In this document: positions 14,772-27,787 of the stretch, one piece after another
Layout of the letters: every line of letters starts with the position of its first letter
How positions within the stretch are numbered: the stretch's first letter is position 1
Origin: Octopus sinensis
Lineage: Eukaryota
Assembly: GCF_006345805.1 (NCBI RefSeq)
Contig: NC_042999.1
Span: 47,864,001-47,928,000 of the forward strand
Reading direction: 5' to 3'
DNA length: 64,000 nt
Position numbers and translations under genes: made by a program
Notes under the pieces: model-generated
What the model saw: the letters and a program-made list of their open reading frames with translations, nothing else
Told to the model about the DNA's origin: nothing
The model's database searches: none

Positions 14772-15335
14772 TTGGGTTGTCCGGAAAGTTCGTGCCGATT
14801 TATAGTAGCTTACCTTTCGACTTATTTTACAGCATGGTTGATTCCATAACATAGGATTTGACTACACCTCTATTCAGAGCACAGTTTAAGTTGTCTTTTC
14901 GTGGAAGCAGGTTTATGTTCCTATAACCTGTGTTAATTCTGTAATCCTTTAAAATTGGAAATAAGAGAGTTCATTTTTGGCACTTGATGCTTTGGGAACC
15001 AGACAAAAATTGCTGCAGCTCGCTGCGATGTGTTACTCCACCCTTCATATTCACCAGATATTTCTCCTTCGGATTTCCACTTATTCAGGTCTCTGCAGAA
15101 TAGTCTTATGGTAAAAATTTCAATTCCTTGGATGACTTAAAAAGATACCTTGATGAATTCTTTGACATGAAACTACCTCAATTCTGGGAAGAGGGTATTT
15201 TCAAGTTAAGGGAAAGATGGAGATGCACTGTGCAACAAAATGGTTCATATTTGGTTGATTAAAAATGTAATAGCAAGTATTCATTGACCTTTTTCTTTCC
15301 TTTAAAAATCAGCACGAACATCCTGGACAACCCAA
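14772..15335 (+). mobile_element. Internally deleted mariner (MITE-like), copy 1
   Basis: TA flanks at 14770-71 and 15336-37; TIRs TTGGGTTGTCCGGAAAGTTCGTGCCGATTT / AAATCAGCACGAACATCCTGGACAACCCAA; C-terminal HPSYSPDISPSDFHLFRSLQ..FWEEGIFKLRERW..QNGSYLVD*. Confidence 0.92.
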
Positions 15336-16960
15336 TATTATATCAAAGCTGCTATACTAATGCGCTACATCAATCATGGAAAACAATTTTGATTTTATCG
15401 GGATCGGAACTGTGATCCGAAACGACCGCAACTAAATACTACTATGTCTGTTTTCTGGTACATTATTGTTTTCACCACCCACCGCTCAGTTAATTTCAAA
15501 CAATAATAAATAATTCAACAACAGCTGCTCTGACAGAAACTGTATAATTGTTTGAAATGAAATCAGCTTTCTTGGTGTTGGCAATCAATTTAATATTTTC
15601 TTGATTATAGTTTTGGCATTAATCTATCTGCAGATGATGTGTCATAGATGGGAAGAATAAACAAGGAACTGTAAGTTATATATACGTGTGTGTGTATGCA
15701 TACATATATATATTTATATGAATCTTTTACTTTCTCCTCAGCCACATACACACACACATACACACAGACATATATTGTGTTAAAGCCATCACTTGTGTTA
15801 AAATATTAGGGTGTGAAGGAACAGAGAATTATAAATTCAGATGTGGGAAATATGTTTAATGTGAGACGTAAAGAAACGCGGAACACATTGTTAACTCGCA
15901 GCTGTAAACGATGTAATACGTTCGTTAGATGTGTAGGAACAGCTATAATTTCCTTTCATTTTTCGTCATAATGCTATCGCCACTGGATTTCAGGTCACCT
16001 AATATATACAGAGTTGTAAGGAAATGTTAATTAACATTACCATTAATAAAAGTGCCGAGCAGATGTCTGTAGGCTAAATTCACATTGGAAAGTGTTTCAT
16101 ATATGTAATATAATGGGTTGATTAACTTCAATTAGCTGAAACTACATTTGCAATTAAAAGGCAAAAACTCCCGTAAGGGGGCGTTGAAAATCTTATGGAC
16201 ACAAGCAAGGAAGACACCTCCAATATTATTAATTAATTCGAGGTTCTGGAGAATTATTACAATTCATTTACGAGTGGAAACTAAAATTAAAACCAACAGA
16301 AGAAAATAACTTGTAATATTTCAGCAGCGAAAGATATTCATCTTAGATGACAAGATTAAAAGGTAATCAATTCTGCACATACATGAGTGCAGGCCTTTGG
16401 AGAGAACTTTGAGATGAAAAAGACAAACAGCTGCTCATGCATGCTCCTCTCCCCTTTCCATTCTCTTCAAACTTATCTAATTGAAAGTATCTCAGCTTTG
16501 ACCGATAAAACTTGGTACCGGTGTTGTCTAAAATGTTAGACATAGAATGCAAAGAGCCAGTGTATATGTCGCAAAACATCTCAGTCAGCTCTCTAGTATT
16601 CTCTCTATTTCAATGACCTGAATTGGTGCTAATAGAGAAAACCCCAAAAGAATGACCGCCAAATTTGATCGAGTCATGATTTCAACTGAGTCGGAACAAA
16701 TATAATACCTAATTTTATCCATAACTCTAACGACTGACAAATAACCACCTGAGAAGTTATCAATATATACAGAAATGAGGGGAATTAATGACGAATGTAG
16801 TGTATATCAATAAAATGCCGAACAGAAAGTACCACAATGTGGTGTTCCGAAAACTCACAAACACCTGGGATCATTTATGGAATTAAAAAAACATAAATTA
16901 CCAGTTAATATGTTTAAAATGTAAACGCACCAGATATGGGTGATAATTGTAATCTTAGGA

Positions 16961-17278
16961 GTACTCCGTCGGTTGCGACGACGAGGGTCTCAGCTGATAC
17001 GATCAACGGAACAGCTTGCTCATGAAATTAACGTGTAAGAGGCTGTGTACTCTACAAACACGTGTACCCTTAACGTAGTTCTCGGAGATATTCAGCGTGA
17101 CACACTGTGTGACAAGGCTAGCCCTTTGAAATACCGGTACTACTCATTTTTGCCAGCTGAGTGAACTGGAGCAACGTGAAATAAAGTGTCTTGCTCAAGG
17201 ACACAACGCGTCACCGGGAATTGAACTCACGACCTTACGATCATGAGCCGAATGCCCCCAACCACTAAGCCAAATGCC
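16961..17278 (-). mobile_element. SINE family C (tRNA head TGGCTTAGTGGTT), tail type 1
   Basis: Matches 55065-55352: CTTGAGCAAGACAC..CAGCTGGCAAAAATGAGTAGTACC..CCCTCGTCGTCGCAACCGACGGAGTAC. Confidence 0.85.
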
Positions 17279-17482
17279 TTCACGATGATTGTAATATCAT
17301 CTGCTAATCCAAGTGTTTGTAAAAATAAAGACAGAGAAGTTAGAAGTGTGTCTGTTCATTAAATAGAACTGCTAGAGTACGGAATCTAACATGTTCGAAT
17401 TATGATCGATTCTTTCGCCTGCCGGCTGCATTCCATTTTCTATATCTACGTCAAAAATCACTCACTAATATTACTAGTGTTA

Positions 17483-17700
17483 AAGGTGGTGAGCTTGACA
17501 CGATGAATTTAGCACATCGAGCATAAAACTTAGCGGCATTTTATCCGTCTTTAAGTTCTAAGTTCAAATTCCGCTGCTGTCGACGTTGCATTTCATACTT
17601 TCGGGGTCGATAAAATAAGTACCAGTTCAACACTAGGGTCTATGTAACTGACTTGCCTCTGCCTCAGAATTACTGGTCTTGTGCCAAAATACGAAACCAA
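17483..17700 (+). mobile_element. SINE family B, old copy (tail B)
   Basis: GGTGGTGAGCT..AGTTCAAATTCCGC..TTTCATACTTTCGGGGTCGATAAAATAAGTACCAG. Confidence 0.65.
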
Positions 17701-17721
17701 TATTACTAATGTTTAACGTAA

Positions 17722-17870
17722 GGCGGTGAGCTGATAGAACCTTTATCATGCCTGGCATTACGTCTGTTTTTACGTTCTGAGTGCAAACTGCATTGAGCGC
17801 TCCGGTCGATTAATCAAGTAAACCCTTTTTCCGAACTTGCTGATCTTGTTCGAAAATTTGAGACGAATAT
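17722..17870 (+). mobile_element. SINE family B, degenerate
   Basis: GGCGGTGAGCTGATAGAA..ACGTTCTGAGT..CTTGTTCGAAAATTTGAG. Confidence 0.45.
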
Positions 17871-19519
17871 TACTAATGTTTAGTGCAAATAAATACACAG
17901 CATTTTAGAGAGGTTTCTCTTTTTTTAAACTGTATTGTCAAAAGGAAAACGGTTGTTACCCCCGGATAATCTTCTGTGAAGGTGGGGAAGAGAAATATTT
18001 CATAAGCTGGAAACCTAGCCCAGCTGGAAAATTGGCCAGTTGATGGTGCCAAATAAGGCCACTAATTAATGTACCACCCAAACAGATTATGACGGGACTG
18101 AAAATGTAAAGTAAAAGGATAAATCTGACAAGACATCTGGTCTGACCTTCTTACAGTTCTGTTTATCTACCACTCTGGAGTATTCTTTTTCATCGATATC
18201 CGGTGAATAAATAACATAGATACAATTGATAGGATTTGAAATCAAAACACAGAAAGTTGGAATAACTTCGAGGAGATGAATTCAAGCACTCATCCTCTAA
18301 TTTTATTGATCTTCGACTTCTAAATACGCAATGTTTCTACCAGCAAAATTCGTTCTCAGCATGCAAAAGGGAAAATAAAATAAATGCTTGATGACATTTA
18401 ATTTGGCGCTCTTCCGACTGAGCTAATAGAACTCCTTCGTTATACAATAAATTTAAGACATTTCTCTATTGTCTGCTACTCTTATTCTAATGAGATCTAT
18501 TCAAATAATAACGGGTTGAACAACCAATTCATTTTAAAGAGGCGGTGGGACGCATAATTGGTAATGCAAAAGATGTTCAAAAACAACCAGGGAAAGAACC
18601 ACAAAAAATGTTCTGATAAAATACAATGTCCACCAATATATTGCTCAACTACTGTTCATCCCTGCATAATGAATACTAAATATACACACATCTAATATTA
18701 GTTGCATATCAGGGATTAGCTGATCTTTAAATAGTAAGTATCTAGTTTATATTAGTAGTGTTTCCATGCGAACCGTATCAAAACAATTAAAATCAACCAT
18801 AGTTTTATGGAGATATGGATTTTTCTGATTATATATTTGCACGAAGAGGGTTGTTTCCGGTTTCGCATACGTACGTATTTGTAAATTATATTTTCAGTTC
18901 AAAAACGAAAATAATAATAAAAAATAAATAAACGATAAGGAAAGAAAAAAAGCAATGGCAGAAAAGTCATAAAGCCATTATTTCAAATCTATCCAAACGC
19001 GCAGTGCGTATAAACAAATAGATAAATGTTAAAAGGAACACAAAACATAATACACTTACAGATTAAATGCACCTGCTCAGAGATATTAATAATGCAAAGC
19101 AAAAAAGAAAACTAGTTACAATGAAGTTGACTGACTGGAAAGTTAAATCAGCGCTTGTACGGTGTAAAATGGTGCAATGTAATAAATCAAGATATTGACG
19201 AAAGAAAACAATATCGTGAAAATATTGCATAATTAATGCAATAAATTAACACTTTGGACTATCTCACTTTCTCACATAGAAATGCACATATGCATGCGCG
19301 TATTCTTACACTAGCTACCGCCACACATTCCTCTGCCGTTCCTTCTCTCTCTTTCCCTCCCTCTTTTTCCCGACTTTTTGCATATATACATGCATACACG
19401 CATACATGCATACACGCATACATGCATACACGCATACATGCATACATATGTTCATACATACATGAATACATATGTATACATGTATATGCATAAATGCATA
19501 TATATACATTTACATGTAG

Positions 19520-19610
19520 GAACACTGGCTTATTTCCCGGTTTCTATGGCGTATGTGTACCCCCTCCCCAGCCGGACGGGACTCCAGTCCATCGCAGCGT
19601 TACTCCAGAA
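19520..19610 (-). mobile_element. SINE family C tail-type-2 fragment
   Basis: Reverse complement of CTGCGATGGACTGG..CCCGTCC..TACGCCATAGAAACCGGGAAA seen at 53773-53832. Confidence 0.7.
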
Positions 19611-19847
19611 ACAGGAAGAAAGCGTAAGAGAAAATTAACCTGCATAAATAATTTTCTTAAAACATATAGAATTAAATTAAAGGACCTTTTGATGAAGATT
19701 CATAGATGGACATAGAACAGGTAGAATCTGAACGATAAAGTATCTATTCATTCTTAATATGTGCTGGCAGATTCGAACGTGAATATCTGGTTGTTATTGC
19801 TTTTCCTAGCGGGAAAAAAATAAGTAGAAAACAATAGTAAAATACAA

Positions 19848-19930
19848 TTGACCAAGGTGCCACGCCATGGGACTGAACCCGGAGCCATGTACTTTGTAAG
19901 CAATCTACTAACCACACAAACACTCCCCCT
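19848..19930 (-). mobile_element. SINE family A head fragment
   Basis: CCAAGGTGCCACGCCATGGGACTGAACCCGGAGCCATGT. Confidence 0.7.
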
Positions 19931-20097
19931 GTGCAATTTTTGTTTGTAGTATATCAGACCTCTTAAATGAGTCTTTGTGACTGTTGCATCTTTTCGTTTC
20001 GTTACATTCCCTATCCACGAATACCACCTCACCGTCTTTGTTTCCGTAACCAATTCTTTCTTTATATACTCATACTTATAATTCATGTGACAAAAGC

Positions 20098-20185
20098 AGA
20101 ATTTGATTCGAGAACGTAAAGACAGACAAAATGCCACTAAGCATTTTCGCCGGCCTGCTAACGATTCTGCCAGCACGCCACCTTG
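20098..20185 (-). mobile_element. SINE family B head fragment
   Basis: GAATTTGATTCGAGAACGT..CTAAGCATTTTCGCCGGCCTGCTAACGATTCTGCCAGC. Confidence 0.55.
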
Positions 20186-20699
20186 CTTCTGATTAATTTT
20201 TTGTTCTATTACATACGACGACATGGATACTATGCATGGAAATGCCCCAAATGTGCAGGAAGCATCGAAAACTTTGTGTGTGTATGTGTGTTTGTGTGTG
20301 TGTGTGTGTGTGCGTGTGTTTGTATGTGTGTGTTTGTGTGTGTGTTAATTTAGTTGAAAACCCCCGTAGATGTCTTCTACTTGCATATGTTTATTTATCT
20401 CTCCTTTGTTGATATTCACACGAGTCTTACCTTCCATCGACCACACATGCTTTTGTGATACATTTGGATGTGCAAACGACATATTGAGATCCGCTCAAAC
20501 AATCACGTAACCATTCTGGAAAAAGCTCTAAAGACGACATGCATAACTATTGCCAATCCAATCAAAGGATCTTTACGAGTGACTATCAATTTGCTTCACA
20601 AATTATGTCTCATCAATATGAAAGACTTCATTGTCTAACTTCTCTTAGATTCATGTCGTACCATGCCTGAATTCCTGCTGTGTATGTATTTATACATAT

Positions 20700-21200
<501 letters not shown>

Positions 21201-21868
21201 TCATGTATAAGTGTATAAGTTTAAATATCTGTTAAACTGTTTTCATGCCCTGACTGGCTGTTTAAGCTTTTGTCCCGATTTTCTATGTATAGGAACGCGT
21301 GTCTGCATACATACATACACACACGCATAAATATATATAAATGTTTCTTTGTGCGCATATACATGTATACACATGTGTGTGTGGAAGATAAACCTTTTAA
21401 ACTTAAAATATTTCAATTCCTCAACACCCCGCAAATAATAGTTATTAAATATTAAATGTCACATTTGAACGCATTACTTCCTATTGTCATCGATTCAGAA
21501 AACGTTCTCGTATATTATATTTATGAATACTTCAAAGTGTACACGAATATTTCAGAGACGTTGCATTTCTTTTATATATTCATCAATCGAAAATCAACTT
21601 TGCTGGTTTCTATTAATCCATTAAATAGCACAAATGCAAAAATTACATTGCATATTTTCGTTTTGAAATGCATTCATGCAAAAGAAATGAAATAACGTAG
21701 GAATATAACGAGTACAATCACTATAAAGAAATAATAACAGAATGCAAAAATTCTTAAAGTAATTTCATTTGTGCATGAGCATTTCTTTTTGATATTTCAT
21801 GATTATTGAGTATGGGTGAAAGGGATATCGTCAGGATAAAATTTCATATCGAAGAATCATTGCAGCCA

Positions 21869-21901
<33 letters not shown>

Positions 21902-22142
21902 CAGCACAGGTAGAGTTATAGTGGTGCTGTCAGAAATACTATAAACCTATAGAAGACGATGGTAATAAGGCAGTGGTGTGGTTAGTGTTAGCAATGTGAT
22001 TTCACATGTGTTACACTTCTTTAGCAGGAAAAAAAAAGTAATTACGATAATAGGTCCATATTTTTTGCGTATTGTGTGGGAATAGCTTCTCCAGAATATC
22101 GGTTTATGGATTACAACATGATGATATTTTCTGTACTACATG

Positions 22143-22144
<2 letters not shown>

Positions 22145-22200
<56 letters not shown>

Positions 22201-22237
22201 TATATACATATATATATATATATATATACATATATAA

Positions 22238-22323
<86 letters not shown>

Positions 22324-22335
22324 ATATATATATAT
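22145..22335. repeat. (TA)n microsatellite
   Basis: Direct reading. Confidence 0.95.
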
Positions 22336-22904
22336 ATGCGGGGGGGGGTTGTGCGTACACGTGTGTGTATTTATGTGGTGTATGTATTTCTTTGTGATCA
22401 TATTTACGCCACATGACCGAAATCTTGGCGTTGAAACATGAAATGCGTATAATTATATAATCCAGTACTACATGATCTTTAACTGGTGAGAAAAAGAAGT
22501 GAAGAAAGATATTGATTAGAGAGAAAAATTGAATAATACAGGCAAATATCGATCTTTAAAAAAGTACTGAAAATACACGGTTCAGTAACTGGCTAGTGTG
22601 ATTGCACCTTCCCTTATGTACACAGCTGTTCTGAGATATAACATGGCAAATGTTACGAAGTTAATTTCTTTATGAAGATGTGGATTACGAGTTACCTAAA
22701 AATGTTCAAATATACAGAAGATGGACGAAAATACCTACCACCATAACTTCATAATTTTGAAATATCTATAAAATCGTCAAAAGCTTCTTTATTTTTATGT
22801 TTTTTTAAAATCATTATTAGTATTGTTTAATATGTTTTGCTAAAATTGCTGTTCCTTTTCGGATATCATCGAAAAAAGGTAATTAAATTAATTAAAATGA
22901 CATT

Positions 22905-23921
22905 CAATTAATTCAAAGAGAGCAAATTGTTGGTGCTCGTATGGCAGGTGCGTGCTAGCGTAATGAAAACAGCCGAAATGCTTGATGAATCAAGAAGTAC
23001 TGTATCGAAAATAATGAGAGCCTTTGAGAAAGAGCGAAAAAACTTCGTTGTCGAAACAAACCTCTGGAAGAAAACCAAAATTTTCAGATATGCCCGTCGG
23101 ACTCTTTCGCGAATTGTTAGAGAGATCGCAAAAGTACATCTCTCAAAATTACTGCAGGGCTTAATGACCACCTGGAGAACCCAATTTTCACAAAAACTGT
23201 TCGCCAGGAGCTGAAAAATCCGAATTTCATAGGAGGGCTGCAATCAGAAAACGACTACTTTTAAAAACAAACGTTGGAATGCGTTTAGAGCGGTGTAAAA
23301 ACCTATAGAATTGGTCGCTAGAGCAGTGGAAGAATTGGACGAATCATCCTTTACCTTATTTCCGGACCCAAGCAGCCTTATTCCAGGTGTTAAACATGAA
23401 GGAGGATCTGTGATGATCTGGTGGCTATATCTTGGAAATCCGCCGGCCCAATGATTTCCCTTCATGCCAGAATTAATAGTCAAGGCTATTTAAGGATTTT
23501 ATCTGCTCAAATTCATCCTACGGTTTTGGATCAGTTTCCGGGGTGGGGATGGGGGGGACACAATCCTTCAGGTTCGTAATGCACCAATTCACATAGCTAA
23601 AGTTGTTACTGAATGGCATGAGGAACATTCTGGTAAAGTTGAACATATTATCTGGCCACCACAGTCCCCAGATCTCAATATTATTGAACATATATGGTGC
23701 ATTTTAAAAACAAGTAAGGAGTCGATATCCTCCACCATCATCGTTACAAGAACTGAAAAATGTCTTAGCTGAAGAATAGACAAAACGTCTTTTGAAAACA
23801 ATTCAAACTTTGTACCAGTCGTAGACTCCAAGGTGTAATTATTACCAAAGGCGGCCCTACATCATATGAAAATAGATTTGTTTGAAATTTTAAAGTGTTT
23901 CCATATTTTATCCAACCCTTG
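22905..23921 (+). pseudogene. Decayed Tc1-family (DD34E) transposase with right TIR
   Basis: QREQIVGARMAG; KTAEMLDESRSTVSKIMRAF; DESSFTLFP; VKHEGGSVMIW; NAPIH; WPPQSPDLNIIEHIW; frameshifted; right end AAAGTGTTTCCATATTTTATCCAACCCTTG; left TIR not found. Confidence 0.9.
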
Positions 23922-24341
23922 AGTCATTAATTATGCTATGTTAGCAATCGATTGCAGTTAAAAATTAAGAAACATTGAGTGGCCCCTTGAATAACGAAGG
24001 AATTGATCCTTAAATGCATACGTTTCAACAGCAAGTTTCCTTTTAAGCAACACATTGAATATGTTTCAAGGGGTAATAATAATTAAAACAATGAATATGC
24101 TAAATAGCAATATTGATAATTCTTGCTAAAATTAGATTTAAACGAAAGTGTGTATATGTATATACGTATCTATCTATTTACCTATATATACACACACACA
24201 TTCATACATACATTCATACATATATACATACGTTCATGTATACATACATATAAATATTTTATGCAGCATAGAAGATACGTGGGTACAGTCATGACTATTT
24301 TTTAAGATGTAGTTATCACCGTTAAAATAAAGGGATAAATA

Positions 24342-24497
<156 letters not shown>

Positions 24498-25184
24498 TAA
24501 CATTCTAGTATATATTAGAATTTGCAAGAAGCATTAAGAAGCACTTTCCTAAAGACTTTTCTTCGGTGAACAAAAAAAAGGTGATCTGAATTGAAGCTTC
24601 ATGGAGTTGATACTAAAATGACAGACAAAAAAATAGAGTAAATACAAAAATACCATGTTATGAACTTCTGCGGATTTCAAATCGCACTATATTTGTCATA
24701 TCTTCAATTGTAATAGAAACGTCAATGACAGGCGTAACAAGTTTAAACGGCTGCATAAAGCACCCAGATGTTGAGGTGATTTTTCTGACTTAAGGGAAAT
24801 TTCACTTTGCTTGGCAAGAAATAAGAACCAGACAGTGACATATACTTAATGTTGTGGGATGAGGCCTTATACCTAGCAAACCAATATAGACAGAACAATA
24901 TCAAAATACTGAATGAACGAAGGGAATAACACCACCACCAACAACAACAATGCCGATAATAATAACTGAGGCTAAAATAGTAAAATAAGGAATGACACTT
25001 GCATAATGTACTTGTATTGAATGTTAACAACCTTTCAACTTGCCAGAAAAGACTACAGAATCTACTTAATAGCAATCGCTAAGTGAAACCAATACTGTAT
25101 TAAAATATGCAGAAATATCATTGTGCACTTGTCACCGGGACGATGGCTTGTAATTACGATGCAAATAGAATGCAGCTGATATTG

Positions 25185-25280
25185 TTAATGATGATGGTGA
25201 TGAATATGACGATGAGGATGATGGCAATAACGTTGATGATGATGATGATGATGATAATGATGATGATGAAGGAGACGACT
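25185..25280. repeat. Degenerate (GAT)n microsatellite
   Basis: Direct reading. Confidence 0.85.
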
Positions 25281-25465
25281 AAAAATACGACGATGGATGG
25301 TGGTAACGGCAACCGCGATTATTATAGTACATCGAGGCCTTCCTTTATTGGTAATGAAATACAACACAAAGAGAAGCGTGGCATATACGTATGCGTGTTC
25401 CTACGTACGTATGCATTCATATTATATATATGTATATATATGTATACATATCTAAATATATAAAG

Positions 25466-25496
<31 letters not shown>

Positions 25497-25703
25497 TATA
25501 AAGATATATATATATTTATTCATAGATATATATATGTATATACATATATATACATATGTACGTATATATACACACGCCTACACATACAAACACGCACAAC
25601 ACACATATGCACACACATACGCCCACACACACATACATAAACACACACAAACACATACACATATATATATATATCTTAGCGTAGATATATTTATATATGC
25701 GTA

Positions 25704-25758
<55 letters not shown>

Positions 25759-26227
25759 TATATATGAAGATAGATAAATCGACAGACAGCCACTTAGATG
25801 CATTTACACAGTCGGTGAGGTGAGGGAGACGCAATAAAACTGATTAGGAAAACAGGACGGAAAGATAAATTGATAAAAATAGAATCAGGTGAGAGGTGTG
25901 GACAAGAAAGAAAAGCGGACAGATAAGGAGAGTCAAACGGTCGGTGTGGGGATATTGTCAAATACGCAAGGTAATAAAAGTTTCCTGGAAAAAGACAAAT
26001 GATCCCGTTATTACAAAACGGCATTTATTCGAAAGGACTCATAAAGGATTTTATTGGCTTTGTCAATATTTATTTCAGCAAGAGCGTACTAAAGGGCGGC
26101 CCACCATTCCCCTCAGGTACCGCATTCAATGTACTTCGTTATATCAAATGTTTTCCATATATAAATTCAGTATTTCTCACGCCTCCCCCATTATCGCTTT
26201 TACACTGCAGATATTATTGCGGCAATT

Positions 26228-26637
26228 CATATTATTGGTTTCGAATTTTGGCACAAATTCCAGCAAGTTTGAGGGAGTTTTAAGTCGATTCCATCGATAC
26301 CAATGTTGAAATGGTATCTATTTTATCGATCTCCAAAATGATGAAAGGCAAAGTCGACCTCGTCGATATCTAATCTCGGAACATAATGACGGACGAAATA
26401 CCTATTTCTTTATTACCCACAAGGGGCTAAACATAGAGGGGACAAACAAGGACAGACATAGGTATTAAGTCGATTACATCGACCCCAGTGCGTAACTGGT
26501 ACTTTAATTTATCGACCCCGAAAGGATGAAAGGCAAAGTCGACCTCGGTGGAATTTGAACTCAGAACGTAACGGCAGACGAAATACCTCTAAGCATTTTG
26601 CCCGGAGTGGTAACGTTTCTACTAGTTCACAGCCTTA
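26228..26637 (-). mobile_element. SINE family B nested pair: old head + young body/tail A (26398-26582) + old body/tail B
   Basis: GGTAT on minus strand at 26583-87 and 26398-402 brackets a near-consensus unit; flanking head and second body are diverged. Confidence 0.85.
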
Positions 26638-27212
26638 AACACAATTCAGTCACAGGGTCTGGCAGTTTCCACAGCAACTGTCTTCAAAGTCTGTCAATAT
26701 CAATATGCATTTCCTCTTCACAGGGAAAATCATTTCTTCTGCAAGAATTCACTAGATTCCGCTTCTATATTGGGAAATTTTCTCTCTCAGTTGTCATCCC
26801 GGAAGCAATCGCTCGCATAAATATACCGTCCGATTTCACTAACCTTCCGTATCATTATATTATCAAATAGGTAAGTGAAACCATAATATAACCGTATCTT
26901 AGAGAAAAATAGTCTCCAAAAGAGCAAGGCTTTTGCAGCGGCAGAGAACTCTTACATGGCATGCTTATTTCTCTAGCAATAGTCTCCACACATTTGTTTA
27001 ATTTATCATAAATCAATTTTAAAAACTAACTACAGAGATGACCACAGCATTCTACAAATGAACTTAATCAGCTTGGGAGTCATTTGAGAGCCACTGCGAC
27101 GTATCTGTTTGCGTGATATACAGAACCGTAAGTGAATGAAAGCATAGAATTTACTCAGGAACATGAACAACTAATTCTGGGCCTCATTCTATTGAGTTTC
27201 GTAAATATGTTT

Positions 27213-27412
27213 GTGCCTATGTTTGTCCCCCACCATCGCTTGACAACTCGTGTTGGTGTGTATACGTTCCAATAACTTATCAGTTCGGCAACTGTCGCTG
27301 GCATATTACGTATCAAGCTTGGAGAATTAAATAGTGGCGCCGTTGCGTTCGACTAAAATTTTCGAAGGCGGTGCCCCAGCATGATCGCAATGTAAGTGAC
27401 AGAAACAAGTAA
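27213..27412 (+). mobile_element. SINE family A, degenerate 3' half
   Basis: GTTTGTCCCCCACCATCGCTTGACAA..GAAGGCGGTGCCCCAGCATG..GAAACAAGTAAA. Confidence 0.65.
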
Positions 27413-27449
27413 AGGTATATATATATATATTATACACACACACACATAC

Positions 27450-27490
<41 letters not shown>

Positions 27491-27496
27491 AAAATG

Positions 27497-27720
27497 TTCC
27501 TTTTCTCGAGCCATGCCGGTTTCAGTGGCGTAAACGTTCCCCACCTGGACAGGACGCCGGTCCGTCGCATGATTACCCATTTTTGCCACCTGAGTGGACT
27601 GGAGCAACGGGAAAATGAAGGGTTTTGCTCATGAAAACAACGCATCGTCCGGTCCAGGAATCGAAACGACAACCTTACGCTCTTGAGTACAACACCCTAA
27701 CCACTAAGCCACTCGCCTCC
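27497..27720 (-). mobile_element. SINE family C, tail type 2
   Basis: CCCTAACCACTAAGCCAC; TTTTTGCCACCTGAGTGGACTGGAGCAACG; GGACAGGACGCCGGTCCGTCGCA. Confidence 0.8.
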
Positions 27721-27754
27721 ACACACACATATATATACACACACGCACACACGC

Positions 27755-27787
<33 letters not shown>

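Noticed and set aside
25185-25283. Acidic reading DDGDEYDDEDDGNNVDDDDDD
   Set aside because: Degenerate (GAT)n microsatellite with no supporting exon structure.
26724-26870. Strong donor AG|GTAAGT at 26870/71 with upstream acceptors
   Set aside because: From the 26791 acceptor all three frames hit a stop, the longest ending in TAG at the donor; peptide unrecognised. A non-coding exon cannot be excluded.
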